Positions 10,531-21,211 of a stretch of 64,000 nucleotides of DNA are shown piece after piece. This DNA is from Kiritimatiellia bacterium. GTDB taxonomy: Bacteria > Verrucomicrobiota > Kiritimatiellia > RFP12 > UBA1067. Within the stretch, counting starts at the first letter, position 1. Every line of letters begins with the position of its first letter. Both the position numbers and the translations under genes were made by a program. Location: contig JAZQGX010000291.1 in NCBI GenBank assembly GCA_045540275.1, forward strand, positions 30,088 through 94,087, in the 5' to 3' direction. The notes below the pieces were generated by a model. The model had not been told where the DNA came from, did no database searches, and saw nothing but the letters and a program-made list of their open reading frames with translations.

Positions 10531-10711
10531 CACATACCTCTTCTCTTTAATTTTACCCAGATAACAATGTATCCATTCTACCATTTACCACAAGCCGTTT
10601 CCATAAAAACATCTTTCCGGCGAGATATCGCTCCCGCCTCCAGCGGTCATGATTATTGCATGTTGACGGAAAACGGACGATATGGGACAATCATTGAAAA
10701 GGAAAATCGTT

Positions 10712-11476
10712 ATGAAAATCGAAAATCGTCTCTTCTCCAATTTAAACGCGGGTAAAATATCCATCGGCAGCGTCGTTACCATGAGTGACCTCATAGTCAG
10801 TGAATTGGCCGGCGATTGCGGCATGGACTTCGTCTGGATCGATGCTGAACACGCCCCTCATACCATCCAGGACGTCCAGCGTCATCTCATCGCACTGCGT
10901 GGCACCGGATGCGCGGGCTTAGTCCGCGTACGCGCGGACGACCCGATGCTGATCAAACCATATCTTGACATCGCTCCCGACGGCATCATCGTCCCGATGG
11001 TCAACACCCCCGAACAGGCCGAGATGGCCGTCGCCGCCTGCCGCTACCCCAAGACCGGCATTCGTGGATGTGGCGTGCGCCGCGCCGTGCGCTGGGGCGC
11101 GGAGGACTTTTTCGACTACGCCGCCTACTCCGAAAAATGGCCGTTGGTCATCTGTCAGATCGAGCACATCGAAGCGGTAAAAAATCTGGATGCGATTCTC
11201 AAGGTTCCCGGCGTGGATTCATTCTGCATAGGTCCTTGCGATCTGTCCGGCTCGATGGGGATACTCAACCGTTGCGACGATCCCGAACTCAACAAAGTCA
11301 TCGACGAGGTTGCCTTCAAAATCAAAAAAGCGGGTAAGTGGCTTGGAACGGCGGCCGGAGACTTCCCGCGCTGGAAGGAGCGCGGTGTCGATTGGTTCGC
11401 CGGTGTCAGCGACTGGGGCGCGATGGCCGCGGGCATTCGCTCATTCAAATCCGCCTGCGACGCAGTCCGCGGTTGA
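10712..11476 (+). CDS. HpcH/HpaI family 2-keto-3-deoxy-acid aldolase
   Basis: The N-terminus MKIENRLFSNLNAGKISIGS and the DFVWIDAEH motif are typical of HpcH/HpaI aldolases. The start is moved to ATG 10712, which has an AAGGAA purine tract upstream. Confidence 0.8.
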   Translation: MKIENRLFSNLNAGKISIGSVVTMSDLIVSELAGDCGMDFVWIDAEHAPHTIQDVQRHLIALRGTGCAGLVRVRADDPMLIKPYLDIAPDGIIVPMVNTPEQAEMAVAACRYPKTGIRGCGVRRAVRWGAEDFFDYAAYSEKWPLVICQIEHIEAVKNLDAILKVPGVDSFCIGPCDLSGSMGILNRCDDPELNKVIDEVAFKIKKAGKWLGTAAGDFPRWKERGVDWFAGVSDWGAMAAGIRSFKSACDAVRG

Positions 11477-11510
11477 AAAAAAAGAGCCCGGGGTTGGCAC
11501 CCTGGGCTCT
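11476..11510 (-). terminator. Rho-independent terminator after argJ (hairpin also follows the plus-strand aldolase gene)
   Basis: An 11-bp stem (AGAGCCCGGGG/CCCTGGGCTCT, one G-U pair) is preceded on the plus strand by A8, which gives a U8 tail on the minus strand. Confidence 0.55.
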
Positions 11511-11547
11511 TCAACTCCGCAATCCGCGGAAATCCGCATAGACGCCA

Positions 11548-12780
11548 TCAGGTGGTGTAATCGGCATTGATGTGGACATAGTCGAGCGACAGGTCGCAGG
11601 TGTAGACGGTCGCTTCGGCGTTCCCGAGACGGAGATTGACCGTGACTGTCAACTCGGGACCGGACAACTCCTTGGCAAGTTTCTCAAGCTGTTTCGCATC
11701 CGCCACCGCGCCGCGCCGGTATGCCCATGCCTTGCCGTAATAGACTTCCGCACGGCTGTCATCGACCATCGCCCCGGAATATCCTGCCGCCGCCAGCACC
11801 CGGCCCCAGTTTGGATCTTTGCCAAACCAGCTGGTTTTTGCAAGCGGGGATCTAGCTATTGCCTGAGCCGCTCGTTCTGCGTCGGACTGGGTCTTTGCGC
11901 CTTTGACGGTGACCATGACGAATTTCGTCGCCCCCTCGCCGTCGGCCGCCATCTGCTTGGTCAGCATGATGCATACCCTGGTCAACGCTTTTGCGAAATT
12001 TTCATATCGCTCATCCGCCTTGGTGATCTTGGCGTTTCCGGCCTTCCCGGATGCCATAACAAACACCGAGTCGTTGGTTGACATATCGCCGTCCACCACC
12101 AGCCGATTAAAGCTGACCGATACCGCCTTCGCCAATGCCCGGCGCAGCATTGACGGAGCAATGGCGGCATCGGTGGTAATGAAACCGAGCATCGTCGCCA
12201 TATTCGGGGCGATCATGCCCGATCCCTTGATCATGCCGCCTACGGTGACCGTTTTCCCGTCCAGCGAAAATCTGACCGCCGCCTGCTTCGGACGGGTATC
12301 CGTCGTCAACGTCGCCATGTTCGCCGCCAATCCAGCTTCAAGCGAATCGTCTAACTGCTGAGAAGCCAACTTGATTCCCGCCAGCAGACGATTCATCGGC
12401 AGACGGCGTCCGATTACGCCGGTGGACGCCACCATGACAAGAGCCTTGTCGATTCCCAGCGCCGCGGCCGTTGCGGCAGCGCTTTTTTCAGCGTCTTTCA
12501 GCCCTTCTTGCCCGGTGCAGGCATTGGCACAGCCGGAGTTTGCCACTATCGCCTGCACCTTGCCCGAAGCGGCAATGGGACGGTCGTAGATCACCGGGGC
12601 GGCCGCCACGGCATTGGTCGTGAACATTGCGGCGGTTGCACACGGCTCGTCGGCGACAAGCAGCATCACATCTTTGCGGTCCGCCTGTTTGATTTGTGCA
12701 GGCACACCGGCGGCACGAAATCCTTTCGCCGCCGTCACTCCGCCTGTTACAGCCCTAATGGGGCAGATACACGATTTCAT
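11548..12780 (-). CDS. argJ: Bifunctional ornithine acetyltransferase / N-acetylglutamate synthase
   Basis: 410-aa ORF with TLTTDT and the autoprocessing region PNMATMLGFITTDA. Confidence 0.9.
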   Translation of the reverse strand: MKSCICPIRAVTGGVTAAKGFRAAGVPAQIKQADRKDVMLLVADEPCATAAMFTTNAVAAAPVIYDRPIAASGKVQAIVANSGCANACTGQEGLKDAEKSAAATAAALGIDKALVMVASTGVIGRRLPMNRLLAGIKLASQQLDDSLEAGLAANMATLTTDTRPKQAAVRFSLDGKTVTVGGMIKGSGMIAPNMATMLGFITTDAAIAPSMLRRALAKAVSVSFNRLVVDGDMSTNDSVFVMASGKAGNAKITKADERYENFAKALTRVCIMLTKQMAADGEGATKFVMVTVKGAKTQSDAERAAQAIARSPLAKTSWFGKDPNWGRVLAAAGYSGAMVDDSRAEVYYGKAWAYRRGAVADAKQLEKLAKELSGPELTVTVNLRLGNAEATVYTCDLSLDYVHINADYTT

Positions 12781-13850
12781 TTCGACACCTCGCGCTTATT
12801 TTCATCTTCGCTAGATTCGGAAAATTTCATGTCGGGGAACAAGGGGCAGGTCACCGAGGCCTGACGAAGCAGCTTGCGATAGTAGTCGGCGGCCGCCGAG
12901 TTGCACTTGACCTTGCGCACGGCATCCATGATTTTCGCTCGGCTTATGGGAATGCTGGGCATAGAGATGCGGGCCAGATGCGCCGTCTCGGGGATGGCCG
13001 GTGTAGTTGCCGTCTTCTCCTTTGCCGGCGCTTTAGAAATCATCTTGTAGATGACATACCCTTTGCCATCGTTGATGACTTCACTCACCTCTCCCGCTTT
13101 CAGTTCAAACACCTTTTTCTCAATCATCTTGGGCAGACGGCGTCCATCGCGGACCACCTCGCCCATGTCTCCGCCGCTCGACGACTGGCGGTCGCGAGAA
13201 AAGGTTCTTGCCGCATCGGCGAAATCGGTCTTCCCCGACACGATCTGGTCCCGGATTTTCACCATTTCCGAACGGATCAGCGCATTTGTCGCATTGATGC
13301 TGCCGATCTGTTCTTCAAGCTCTTTCTTATCCACCTTGATGTTATGGTATATCTGCACATACAGCAGCTTGTCGATAATGATGCTGTCTTCATACTCTTG
13401 CCGCATCGCCTTCGGACCGACCGGCCCCTTGTTGAAGAACTCGTTGGTCGTCATGTTCTTTGAGGCGACCAGACGCTGAAGATTCTTCTCTCCCGCCGCC
13501 CGGTCGGTTGCAGATACCGCAATCTTCAGACGTTTTGCCTCGTTCAGCAAAACAGTTTTGAAAACAAAGGTGCTCACCGCCCGACGGCGATAGTGATTGA
13601 GCGCCTCGTCCATTTTATTGGCGGGTATCATCAGATGCTTGTTGTTTATCTCGTCCTGAAGCAGCCATCTCGCCTTTTTGTCCATGTCGTCCCACTTCAG
13701 ACTTGTGCCGTCCACCGTCGCGACAATCTGCTCGGGATCCGGCCCGGTCTCGACTTTTTTTTCTTCTGGTTCGCTTTTTGAACAGCCGACCGTAGCCAGC
13801 AACATGCCGATTGCCGGTACGGCGAATCTCGACCATAATTTGGTTTTCAT
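12777..13850 (-). CDS. Parvulin-type peptidyl-prolyl isomerase lipoprotein (SurA/PpiC-like)
   Basis: Lipobox LATVGCS. The C-terminal rotamase-like block is FADAARTFSRD...GGDMGEV...GEVSEVINDGKGYVIYK. Confidence 0.7.
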   Translation of the reverse strand: MKTKLWSRFAVPAIGMLLATVGCSKSEPEEKKVETGPDPEQIVATVDGTSLKWDDMDKKARWLLQDEINNKHLMIPANKMDEALNHYRRRAVSTFVFKTVLLNEAKRLKIAVSATDRAAGEKNLQRLVASKNMTTNEFFNKGPVGPKAMRQEYEDSIIIDKLLYVQIYHNIKVDKKELEEQIGSINATNALIRSEMVKIRDQIVSGKTDFADAARTFSRDRQSSSGGDMGEVVRDGRRLPKMIEKKVFELKAGEVSEVINDGKGYVIYKMISKAPAKEKTATTPAIPETAHLARISMPSIPISRAKIMDAVRKVKCNSAAADYYRKLLRQASVTCPLFPDMKFSESSEDENKREVSK

Positions 13851-15553
13851 AGTTTACTTCCTTTCAAAAATTTTTCCTTGGCGGAAAATGCGGACGCCAG
13901 CATTTCGGCGGCGTGTTTCTCCACCACGCTTGTCATTCCTCGCCCGCCCAGCATGCGGGCGATTTCGTCAATGCGCTCCTTCTCCCCGAGTCTTCGGACC
14001 GCGGTTCGGGTTCTCCCCGAGTCTTCGGATTTGGAAACCGAAAAATGCGTAGTGCCGAACACCGCAGTCTGCGGGAGGTGTGTTATGCAAATCACCTGAT
14101 GCCCGGCGGCGACGCGCGCCAATTTCAAACCGATGGCACTCCCGACCTCGCCGCCGATGTTGGAATCAATCTCGTCGAACACTAGCACCGGAATCGAATC
14201 GTGTGCGGAAAGCACGGTCTTGGCTGCCAGTGCCACACGCGCGATTTCGCCGCTAGAAGCGATCGCCTTCAGCGGACGCGCCGTCTCGCCGTTGTTGGGA
14301 GCGAACGAAAAATCAACCGCGTCAAGCCCCAGCGGCCCCGGTTCAATCCGCTTCATACCGACCCCGAACTCGCTTCTGGCGAATCCCAGGTCGCGCAACT
14401 CTCCGGTAATTTCGCGAGCGAGCCGCACCGCAGCCTTTGCCCTCGCCGCCGACAGCTTCTCGCCGCACTCCAACACTTTCTTCTCAAGCGCGCCAACCGA
14501 CGTTTTCAGCTCGTCCAGCCGGGCGGAGCGCGATTCCAATTCATCAAGGCGGCTTTTTTTCGCGGCGAAATTCTTAAGCACATCCTCCAGTGTCGGTCCA
14601 TACTTGCGCTTGAGCCGCTCGACCAATGTTACGCGCTCGTCCAGCGCCTGCAGATCCTCTTCAGCGCCATCGGCGGAACTGATGCGTCCGCGGATGGCGG
14701 AATACAACTCCTGCACTTGGAGAGTGATGCCGAGAGCGTCGTTTCGCCACGCTTCCGCATCGCGCAGTACGGATGACAGATCGGACAGATGGCGCTGAAC
14801 CTTGGTCATCAATTCAAAAACCGCGCCTTCGCCGTCGCTGAGCAGATTGCAAAGGGCGTTTCCGTCCTCAACTATGCGTTCGGCATTGGCCGCTTCATGA
14901 TGACGCTCGATGAGAGCTTCACCGTCGGCCTCGCTGAGGGCGGCGCGTTCAAGTTCGTCGACGGCATAGGAAAGCATCTCGATCTCGGCGGCGACCGTCG
15001 CCGGATCGCCGCAGAGCGACTCGATTTTTTTCTCCGCCGACCGCAACTCGTCGCGACAGGCGCGGTATTCATCGAGCAGCTTGCGGCAGGATCCGTAAGC
15101 ATCAAGAAAGCGGCATTGATAGTCGTTTGACAGCAACGACTGATGGTCGTACGGTCCGTGAATGTCAAGCAGCACCTCGCCGAGACGACGTAATGTCGTC
15201 GCGGACACCGAAACGTCGTTGACAAAGCATTTGCCTGCACCGGAAACATTGACGGTCCGTCTCACCAAAAGTGCTCCGTCATCAAGGCGGGGGATGTCCA
15301 GCTCATCCAATATCGCCTCGGCGGAGGATTGGGCAGATCCGGAAAGTTCGAACTCGGCCTCGACCGAAGACTGCTTTGCACCGTCGCGCACCGCGGATTT
15401 CTCGGCCCTTCCGCCAAGTACCAAACCGAGCGCCCCCATCAGCACGGATTTTCCGGCGCCGGTTTCACCGGTTATGATGTTAAGCGAAGCGCCAAACTCG
15501 ATTTCCACCGATTCGACAATTGCAAAATTGCATACGCGCAGCCGCTTGAGCAT
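13847..15553 (-). CDS. recN: DNA repair protein RecN
   Basis: MLKRLRVCNFAIVE...ITGETGAGKS Walker A, a long central coiled coil, a C-terminal signature/Walker B region (LVFDEIDSNIGG); 568 aa. Confidence 0.9.
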   Translation of the reverse strand: MLKRLRVCNFAIVESVEIEFGASLNIITGETGAGKSVLMGALGLVLGGRAEKSAVRDGAKQSSVEAEFELSGSAQSSAEAILDELDIPRLDDGALLVRRTVNVSGAGKCFVNDVSVSATTLRRLGEVLLDIHGPYDHQSLLSNDYQCRFLDAYGSCRKLLDEYRACRDELRSAEKKIESLCGDPATVAAEIEMLSYAVDELERAALSEADGEALIERHHEAANAERIVEDGNALCNLLSDGEGAVFELMTKVQRHLSDLSSVLRDAEAWRNDALGITLQVQELYSAIRGRISSADGAEEDLQALDERVTLVERLKRKYGPTLEDVLKNFAAKKSRLDELESRSARLDELKTSVGALEKKVLECGEKLSAARAKAAVRLAREITGELRDLGFARSEFGVGMKRIEPGPLGLDAVDFSFAPNNGETARPLKAIASSGEIARVALAAKTVLSAHDSIPVLVFDEIDSNIGGEVGSAIGLKLARVAAGHQVICITHLPQTAVFGTTHFSVSKSEDSGRTRTAVRRLGEKERIDEIARMLGGRGMTSVVEKHAAEMLASAFSAKEKFLKGSKL

Positions 15554-15570
15554 TTCTGCGTCCTTTCAGG

Positions 15571-16290
15571 TCAGGCAAAGCGACAGGCCTCGGGCAAATC
15601 GGCGGCCGTGAGGCGTGAACATAGCCCGCTGCATTCCGCGCCTTCGAGAATGAGGTCGCGGAACACCAGCACGTTATGAAAGTTAAGAGTCGGAATTGGA
15701 GTCCATGATTGCCAGTAAGGCTCGGAGCCCTCCTCGCAGCATGAAAACAGCGAACCAAGCCAGTTGCGCTCTTTTGGATCCAATTTACCCACATATTTTT
15801 CAAAGATGGAAAACGGTATGCGGCAGCGCAACTCCCAATCGGTGGGACCCGGCATCTCCTGCGGTACCAGCTGGGGGAGGGTGTGGATTATCTCGACCTT
15901 CGAGCAGAGCTCGTCTGGAAGACGAACCGCTTTCTTGAATCCGCCGGGTATACGGCTGGGATCTTCGATGTACATCAGAGTCAGCGAACCGCCGGCGTTC
16001 ATTTCAAAGTTGAAATATCCGCAACCGAGCTTGGGACGGACGAAAATTTCGCAACAGCTGTCGAGATGGACCGGCACTTGGAAACCGCGATGTCGAACCA
16101 CCACGCCACGGTCCTCGCGGACCACATAGCGGATATAAAGCGATGAATCATCGTGCAGGATGCGAAACTCCACCTTGGGACGATTTTTGCCGGATTCATG
16201 CCACACGCACGAAATATGACCTGAATCGGCTTTGGAAAAATCAACCTTGCTCAGAGCACATGGAGCGATCCGTCGGATGGTATAGCTCAT
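15571..16290 (-). CDS. Carbohydrate-binding family 9-like (DOMON-like) domain protein
   Basis: Weak recall-level similarity only. The start is moved to ATG 16290 (MSYTIRR) to avoid running into the upstream gene. Confidence 0.4.
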   Translation of the reverse strand: MSYTIRRIAPCALSKVDFSKADSGHISCVWHESGKNRPKVEFRILHDDSSLYIRYVVREDRGVVVRHRGFQVPVHLDSCCEIFVRPKLGCGYFNFEMNAGGSLTLMYIEDPSRIPGGFKKAVRLPDELCSKVEIIHTLPQLVPQEMPGPTDWELRCRIPFSIFEKYVGKLDPKERNWLGSLFSCCEEGSEPYWQSWTPIPTLNFHNVLVFRDLILEGAECSGLCSRLTAADLPEACRFA

Positions 16291-16301
16291 AAACTGACTC
16301 C

Positions 16302-16781
16302 TTATCCCTTGATGGCGAACGGCCATAAGTAAACCACGCAGATTGCCACGAGCATTCCGATCGCCATACCGGCAAACACTTCACGGCGCGTATGTCCAAG
16401 CAACTCTTTGAGTTTGATCTTGCGCAATTCCTTGTCCATCGCGGCGCCGCTCAGGAGCTGATTGAGGATCTTCGCCTGTTTGCCGGCGGCGCGTCTGACC
16501 ACCGCGGCGTCAAACATAGTGATTGAGGCGAAGCCGACCGCGACCATCGTCAGCGGGGAATCAAACCCCTCGGTCAGTCCGACGCTAGTGAGCAGCGCGC
16601 ACACGAGCGACGAGTGGGCGCTCGGCATTCCGCCGGTGCTGACCAAATACTGCAGATCCAACTTCCTGGTTTTGCAGAACGAGATGATCATCTTTATCAG
16701 CTGCGCTACGATCCACCCGAGGAAGGCCGACCAGAACCAAGGGGCGCAGAGCAGATTAAACAGATTCCAATCTTTAATCAT
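16302..16781 (-). CDS. Divergent PAP2-family membrane protein (DUF212 / acid phosphatase-vanadium haloperoxidase related)
   Basis: 159 aa with multiple TM segments and GGMPSAHSS...FDAAVVRR motifs. Confidence 0.75.
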   Translation of the reverse strand: MIKDWNLFNLLCAPWFWSAFLGWIVAQLIKMIISFCKTRKLDLQYLVSTGGMPSAHSSLVCALLTSVGLTEGFDSPLTMVAVGFASITMFDAAVVRRAAGKQAKILNQLLSGAAMDKELRKIKLKELLGHTRREVFAGMAIGMLVAICVVYLWPFAIKG

Positions 16782-16789
16782 TTACTTTA

Positions 16790-17896
16790 TCAACCTTGAG
16801 AATTGCGCAAAGGCATCAACACATAGAGGAATGGGATGGAGCACTTGATGACCGCGGGGCACTGACCGTCGGTCATCTCGAAAATGATGTCGTCGTCTTC
16901 CATCACGCGCAGCGGCTCCATAACGTATTCGGGGTTGAAAATGATAGTTATCTCCTTGCCAAGGTATTTGACCGGCAGAGTATCGCGGCCTTCTCCCTCG
17001 CCACCCGAATTCGTGCTGATGGTCAGCTGATTGGCGGTAAAGGTGAAGCGGAGCGGAGCGTCACGCTCCATTGTAACCGTGGCGACGCGCTTGATAGCAG
17101 CGAGAAACGCATCGCGGTCGATGACCACGCGTTCTTCGCACTGGCGCGGGATAACCTGTGCGAAATCGGGATAATGGCCGTCGATAAGCTTGGTGGCGAG
17201 TTCTTTACCGTCCCACGAGAAGACAGCCTGATTCTGTTTAGGGAAGATGCGTACATCGCCGTCGCCGTCCAGCATGCGGGTCAATTCGCTGACGGCCTTG
17301 CTCGGCAGTATAAGGTCGCGATCCTCGCCTTCGGGATAGTCGACTTCTTTTTCAACCAGCGCCAAACGGCGACCGTCAGTGCCGACCACGGTCAGCTTGC
17401 CGCTCTTGAAGGAGAGCAGCACGCCGTTGAGGACGCGGCGGGTTTCGTCCATGGAAACGGCATAGCTCGTTTTGCGAAGCATTTCGCGCAAGGTGTTTCG
17501 CGCAACGCAATAGCTGAACTCGCCCTCGGCCAAGGGGATGGGAGGGAAGTCGCGCGCCGGAAGACCAATGAACTTAAAGTATGACGAACCGCACTTGACA
17601 TTTGCCACGTCGTTGTCATCGACGTCGACTTCGACGATATCGTCGTTGAGTTCGCGGATAACGCCGACCAGGCGTTTGATGGGCAAAGTGGTCTGACCGG
17701 GAGCGTCGACTTCGGCTGGAAGTTCGATTGTGCTCTGTTCTGAAATATCAACATCGGTGGTGATGATGGATATGGTTTTCCCTTCCGCCTTGATAAGTGC
17801 ATTTTGAAGAATTTGCAGCATACCCTTACCGGTTACCACATTTTGTACTGTCTGCAAAGCTTCAAGGAAGCGGGAGCGAGTAATTGAAAATTTCAT
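16790..17896 (-). CDS. dnaN: DNA polymerase III beta sliding clamp
   Basis: 368 aa with a MKFSITRSRFLEALQTVQNVV-type N-terminus and three-domain length. No dnaA lies next to it. Confidence 0.9.
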   Translation of the reverse strand: MKFSITRSRFLEALQTVQNVVTGKGMLQILQNALIKAEGKTISIITTDVDISEQSTIELPAEVDAPGQTTLPIKRLVGVIRELNDDIVEVDVDDNDVANVKCGSSYFKFIGLPARDFPPIPLAEGEFSYCVARNTLREMLRKTSYAVSMDETRRVLNGVLLSFKSGKLTVVGTDGRRLALVEKEVDYPEGEDRDLILPSKAVSELTRMLDGDGDVRIFPKQNQAVFSWDGKELATKLIDGHYPDFAQVIPRQCEERVVIDRDAFLAAIKRVATVTMERDAPLRFTFTANQLTISTNSGGEGEGRDTLPVKYLGKEITIIFNPEYVMEPLRVMEDDDIIFEMTDGQCPAVIKCSIPFLYVLMPLRNSQG

Positions 17897-17989
17897 AAAG
17901 AACTCCTTGTTTTGAACGAATATTTTACCCTTTTCACCCGTATTTGGTCAATAGACGGGGATAAAAACCATCCCACCTCTATGAGTACA

Positions 17990-19882
17990 TCAATTTTCGT
18001 TCGAATGCAACCCGCCAGATCCAGCGGTGAACGATACTCCACCCTGCTCAATCGGCTGATTGCGCAACTTGGAGCAACTCCATATACAGACACCACAATG
18101 CACACACTTCTCACGGTCAAAAGCCGGTACGCCGCCTTCGCCGGGAGAAATCGCCTGCGCCGAACAAAGCTCAATACAGGTCTTCTCCTTGCACGAAGCG
18201 CACATTTCAGGATCGACAAAACGCACATGGTCGGCAAATCCGCCCGCCGCCTGCACCTTGCCGCCCTTGAACAACGCATCCTGCTGCGACATCAAAAGCG
18301 TTCCGTCAAACGGTATCTGCGGCCAGCCCGCAGCATCCATCACCGCATCGTGCAACGGCGCTTTGGCTTTGTCACAGGTACTCTTAATCTCTTCAAGCTT
18401 ATCCGCCGTAATCTTCTGGCCTACCAGCGATTCAAGCGGCAGCACTATCTTATCATTCTCCAGCCCCTTAACGTTGAGATTGAGCAGCCCCTTGGTCATG
18501 CCGGTCATGCCCGTTCCCATCATGCCGGTGAAAAATCCCTTCTGAAATCCGTCGCGGGCCTTGCGCGCAATCTCAAGCTCCTTGTTTTGAGCATCTGCAC
18601 GGCGGCGGGCGACATAATATTTCTCCAAATTCGCTTTGGAGAAGTCGGCGCCTTCCTTCCAGATTTCCACCACCGCCTCGGCCAACAGCACACCGGTACG
18701 CCAGGCTTCATCAACTCCGGAGTTGGTAAGCACATTGGTCGATCCCGACCCTTCGCCGATTCGCGCAAAGCCGTCTCCGCAAAGATGAGGCTCGCCGCGA
18801 ATTCCGCTTTCCAACAACGATTTCGCCCCCCACGAACGGAGCGTACCGCCCTCGATGTGCTGCCAGATGGACGGATGCATCATCCAGTGCTGCAGATAAC
18901 GATAAGCCGTGCGGACAGGGGAACGCCACCACGAAGGAACAAAGATGCCCATCGACGCCGTGCGATCCGGATACACATAGAAAAATCCGAAAATTTCCGG
19001 CTCGGGATACCCCAAGGTGTGGATTACCGTTCCCGGCTTCAATGTGCAACTCTCGGGAAGCTCGACCACCGCCTTCATGCCAACCGCCCAGTCATGCTGG
19101 CTATTTCCTTCCGGCAGACCAAACTTTTCATTCAAGGCACGCCCGACTGCACCAACCGGACCGTCACCGACAACCGTCAGAGGCGCAAGCATGTCCATTC
19201 CTGGCATATAGGCTCCCGGTTCTGGCTCGCCTTTCTTGTTCACCCCCTGATCCGCCATTCTTACGCCGATCACCTTGTCACCGTCATAAAGGGGCTCCGC
19301 CACCGGCGTATTCGGCCAAATCTGAACCAGACCACTCCCCATCAGATTCTGCCCAGCCCATGAAAGGAACTGCCCCATCGACATCGCCAGCCCCGGCTCC
19401 TTACGCAAAAACGGAGGAATGAACGGCAGCTCTGCCGCCTGCGGCCACTTTTTACCGAACGGCTTCAAGCACTTGAATGCGGCATCGACAAACTTGGTTC
19501 CCGCCGTGCGCTTGCTCGCCCCGAGATGGTCAAACTGATATATGACATGCTCCTCGCAGACATCGGAGGCATTGGGAATCTCTTGCGCAAGATCCTTTCC
19601 CGGGAAAGACGCCCGAATGGAACGAGCCGTCGTGACAATACCAGAAACGCCAAAACCGATATCATCAGCGCGCTCGTAACACATCACCTGCAAAGGACAG
19701 CCCGGCATCACCTTGCTTTCCAGCAACGGAGTTCCATCCTCCTTGCACGCCGGCATTCCATCCTCGCCAACCATCGCATTGGTCAGCGTGGTGAGAAAAC
19801 CGGCTGTCGCCGGACCGAATCCCACACATACGATATCCGCTTCCATCTGCTGCCGTTCTGTATCGTTCATGTCATTCTCCAT
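17990..19882 (-). CDS. Electron-transfer flavoprotein:quinone oxidoreductase-like flavoprotein with C-terminal 4Fe-4S ferredoxin domain
   Basis: N-terminal FAD fold DIVCVGFGPATAG, a C-terminal CVHCGVCIWSC cluster motif; 630 aa. Confidence 0.8.
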   Translation of the reverse strand: MENDMNDTERQQMEADIVCVGFGPATAGFLTTLTNAMVGEDGMPACKEDGTPLLESKVMPGCPLQVMCYERADDIGFGVSGIVTTARSIRASFPGKDLAQEIPNASDVCEEHVIYQFDHLGASKRTAGTKFVDAAFKCLKPFGKKWPQAAELPFIPPFLRKEPGLAMSMGQFLSWAGQNLMGSGLVQIWPNTPVAEPLYDGDKVIGVRMADQGVNKKGEPEPGAYMPGMDMLAPLTVVGDGPVGAVGRALNEKFGLPEGNSQHDWAVGMKAVVELPESCTLKPGTVIHTLGYPEPEIFGFFYVYPDRTASMGIFVPSWWRSPVRTAYRYLQHWMMHPSIWQHIEGGTLRSWGAKSLLESGIRGEPHLCGDGFARIGEGSGSTNVLTNSGVDEAWRTGVLLAEAVVEIWKEGADFSKANLEKYYVARRRADAQNKELEIARKARDGFQKGFFTGMMGTGMTGMTKGLLNLNVKGLENDKIVLPLESLVGQKITADKLEEIKSTCDKAKAPLHDAVMDAAGWPQIPFDGTLLMSQQDALFKGGKVQAAGGFADHVRFVDPEMCASCKEKTCIELCSAQAISPGEGGVPAFDREKCVHCGVCIWSCSKLRNQPIEQGGVSFTAGSGGLHSNEN

Positions 19883-19913
19883 TCTTTTGTGTTAAAACCC
19901 AAAAAACGTTCCA

Positions 19914-21206
19914 TCAATCGTCAATGCGCTCAATGCTCGCGCCAAGTCTGCGCAACTCCGTCTCCACCGACTCGTACCCGCGATCTATGCTGCCGGCATT
20001 GAGAATTTCGGTTTCACCCTTTGCGCACAGCGCCGCAATCAAAAGCGCCATACCAGCGCGTATGTCGGGGCTGGTAACCCGCGAGGCGTTGAGCTTGGTC
20101 GGCCCCGTCACTACAACCCGGTGCGGGTCGCACTGTACAATCCGCGCCCCCATGCCGATAAGGTGGTCGACAAAATACATCCGGCTTTCGAACATCTTCT
20201 CGAAAAACAGCGCCGTTCCCCTCGCCTGGGTCGCAAGAACAATCAACACGCTCAACAGATCCGACGGAAACATCGGCCACGGCCCGTCATCGATTTTTGG
20301 GATCGCATCGCCGAAGTCGTATGATGTCTTGAGCCGCTGCCGTCCGGGCAGACGCAATGACCGCTTTTCACGGTCGAAGGTCCACTTCACTCCAAATTTG
20401 CGGAACGGTTTTTCAAGCACCTCAAAATCAGAAACCGAAACCCCCTCCACGGTCAGCTCGCCGCCAGTCACCAATGCGGCAGTTATATAGCTGCCCGCAT
20501 CAATATAGTCTCCTCCGATTTCAACTTCCGCCCCGTGCAGCTTTTCCACTCCCTCCACCACCAGCAGATTGGTGCCAATCCCGGAAATCTTCGCCCCCAT
20601 GGAATTTAGCATATCGCAAAGATTGCAGACGTGCGGCTCGCATGCGCTGTTATAAAGTTCGGTGGTTCCGTGCGCCAGCACGGCGGCCATAATCAGATTC
20701 TCGGTGGCGGTAACGCTGGCCTCGTCAAGCAGAATGCGCGCCCCTTTCAAACCCGAAGGCGCGCGGAAATCGTAAGATCCTGACACCTTGACCGTCGCCC
20801 CCAGCGCCTTTAATCCGTCGATGTGGGTGTCGATGCGCCGATGTCCGATAACGTCCCCGCCCGGCGGGTATATCGTCGCGCGCGAGCAGCGGCCGAGGAG
20901 GGGTCCTGCGAAAAGTATCGACGTCCGGATTTTTCCGCACAGCGATTTAAGCAGGCGCGTGCTCTTCACGTGAGCAACTTTTATCCGCACCGAATGCGAC
21001 ATCTCATCCAAATCTACCTCGGCGCCGATTTTTCGCAACAGCTCGAGCATGGTGCGAACATCGGCGATAAGCGGCAGATTGCGCAACACCACCGCTTCGG
21101 AGGTAAGCAAGCACGCCGCAAGCATCGGCAGCGCCGCATTCTTGTTGCCCGGCACCCGGTGCAACCCTCCAACCGGTCTTCCTCCTCGTATGATCAAACG
21201 GGACAT
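19914..21206 (-). CDS. murA: UDP-N-acetylglucosamine 1-carboxyvinyltransferase
   Basis: 430 aa with N-terminal LIIRGG...VPGNKNAALPMLAACLL. Confidence 0.9.
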   Translation of the reverse strand: MSRLIIRGGRPVGGLHRVPGNKNAALPMLAACLLTSEAVVLRNLPLIADVRTMLELLRKIGAEVDLDEMSHSVRIKVAHVKSTRLLKSLCGKIRTSILFAGPLLGRCSRATIYPPGGDVIGHRRIDTHIDGLKALGATVKVSGSYDFRAPSGLKGARILLDEASVTATENLIMAAVLAHGTTELYNSACEPHVCNLCDMLNSMGAKISGIGTNLLVVEGVEKLHGAEVEIGGDYIDAGSYITAALVTGGELTVEGVSVSDFEVLEKPFRKFGVKWTFDREKRSLRLPGRQRLKTSYDFGDAIPKIDDGPWPMFPSDLLSVLIVLATQARGTALFFEKMFESRMYFVDHLIGMGARIVQCDPHRVVVTGPTKLNASRVTSPDIRAGMALLIAALCAKGETEILNAGSIDRGYESVETELRRLGASIERIDD

Positions 21207-21211
21207 GATTG

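Noticed and set aside
17957-17967. DnaA-box-like sequence upstream of dnaN as oriC
   Set aside because: It is a single imperfect box (TTATCCCC) in a 93-nt spacer, with no AT-rich unwinding element or box cluster.
17912-19363. 483-aa plus-strand ORF
   Set aside because: It is antisense to the ETF-QO-like gene and has an Arg/His/Leu-rich nonsense composition. It is a shadow ORF.
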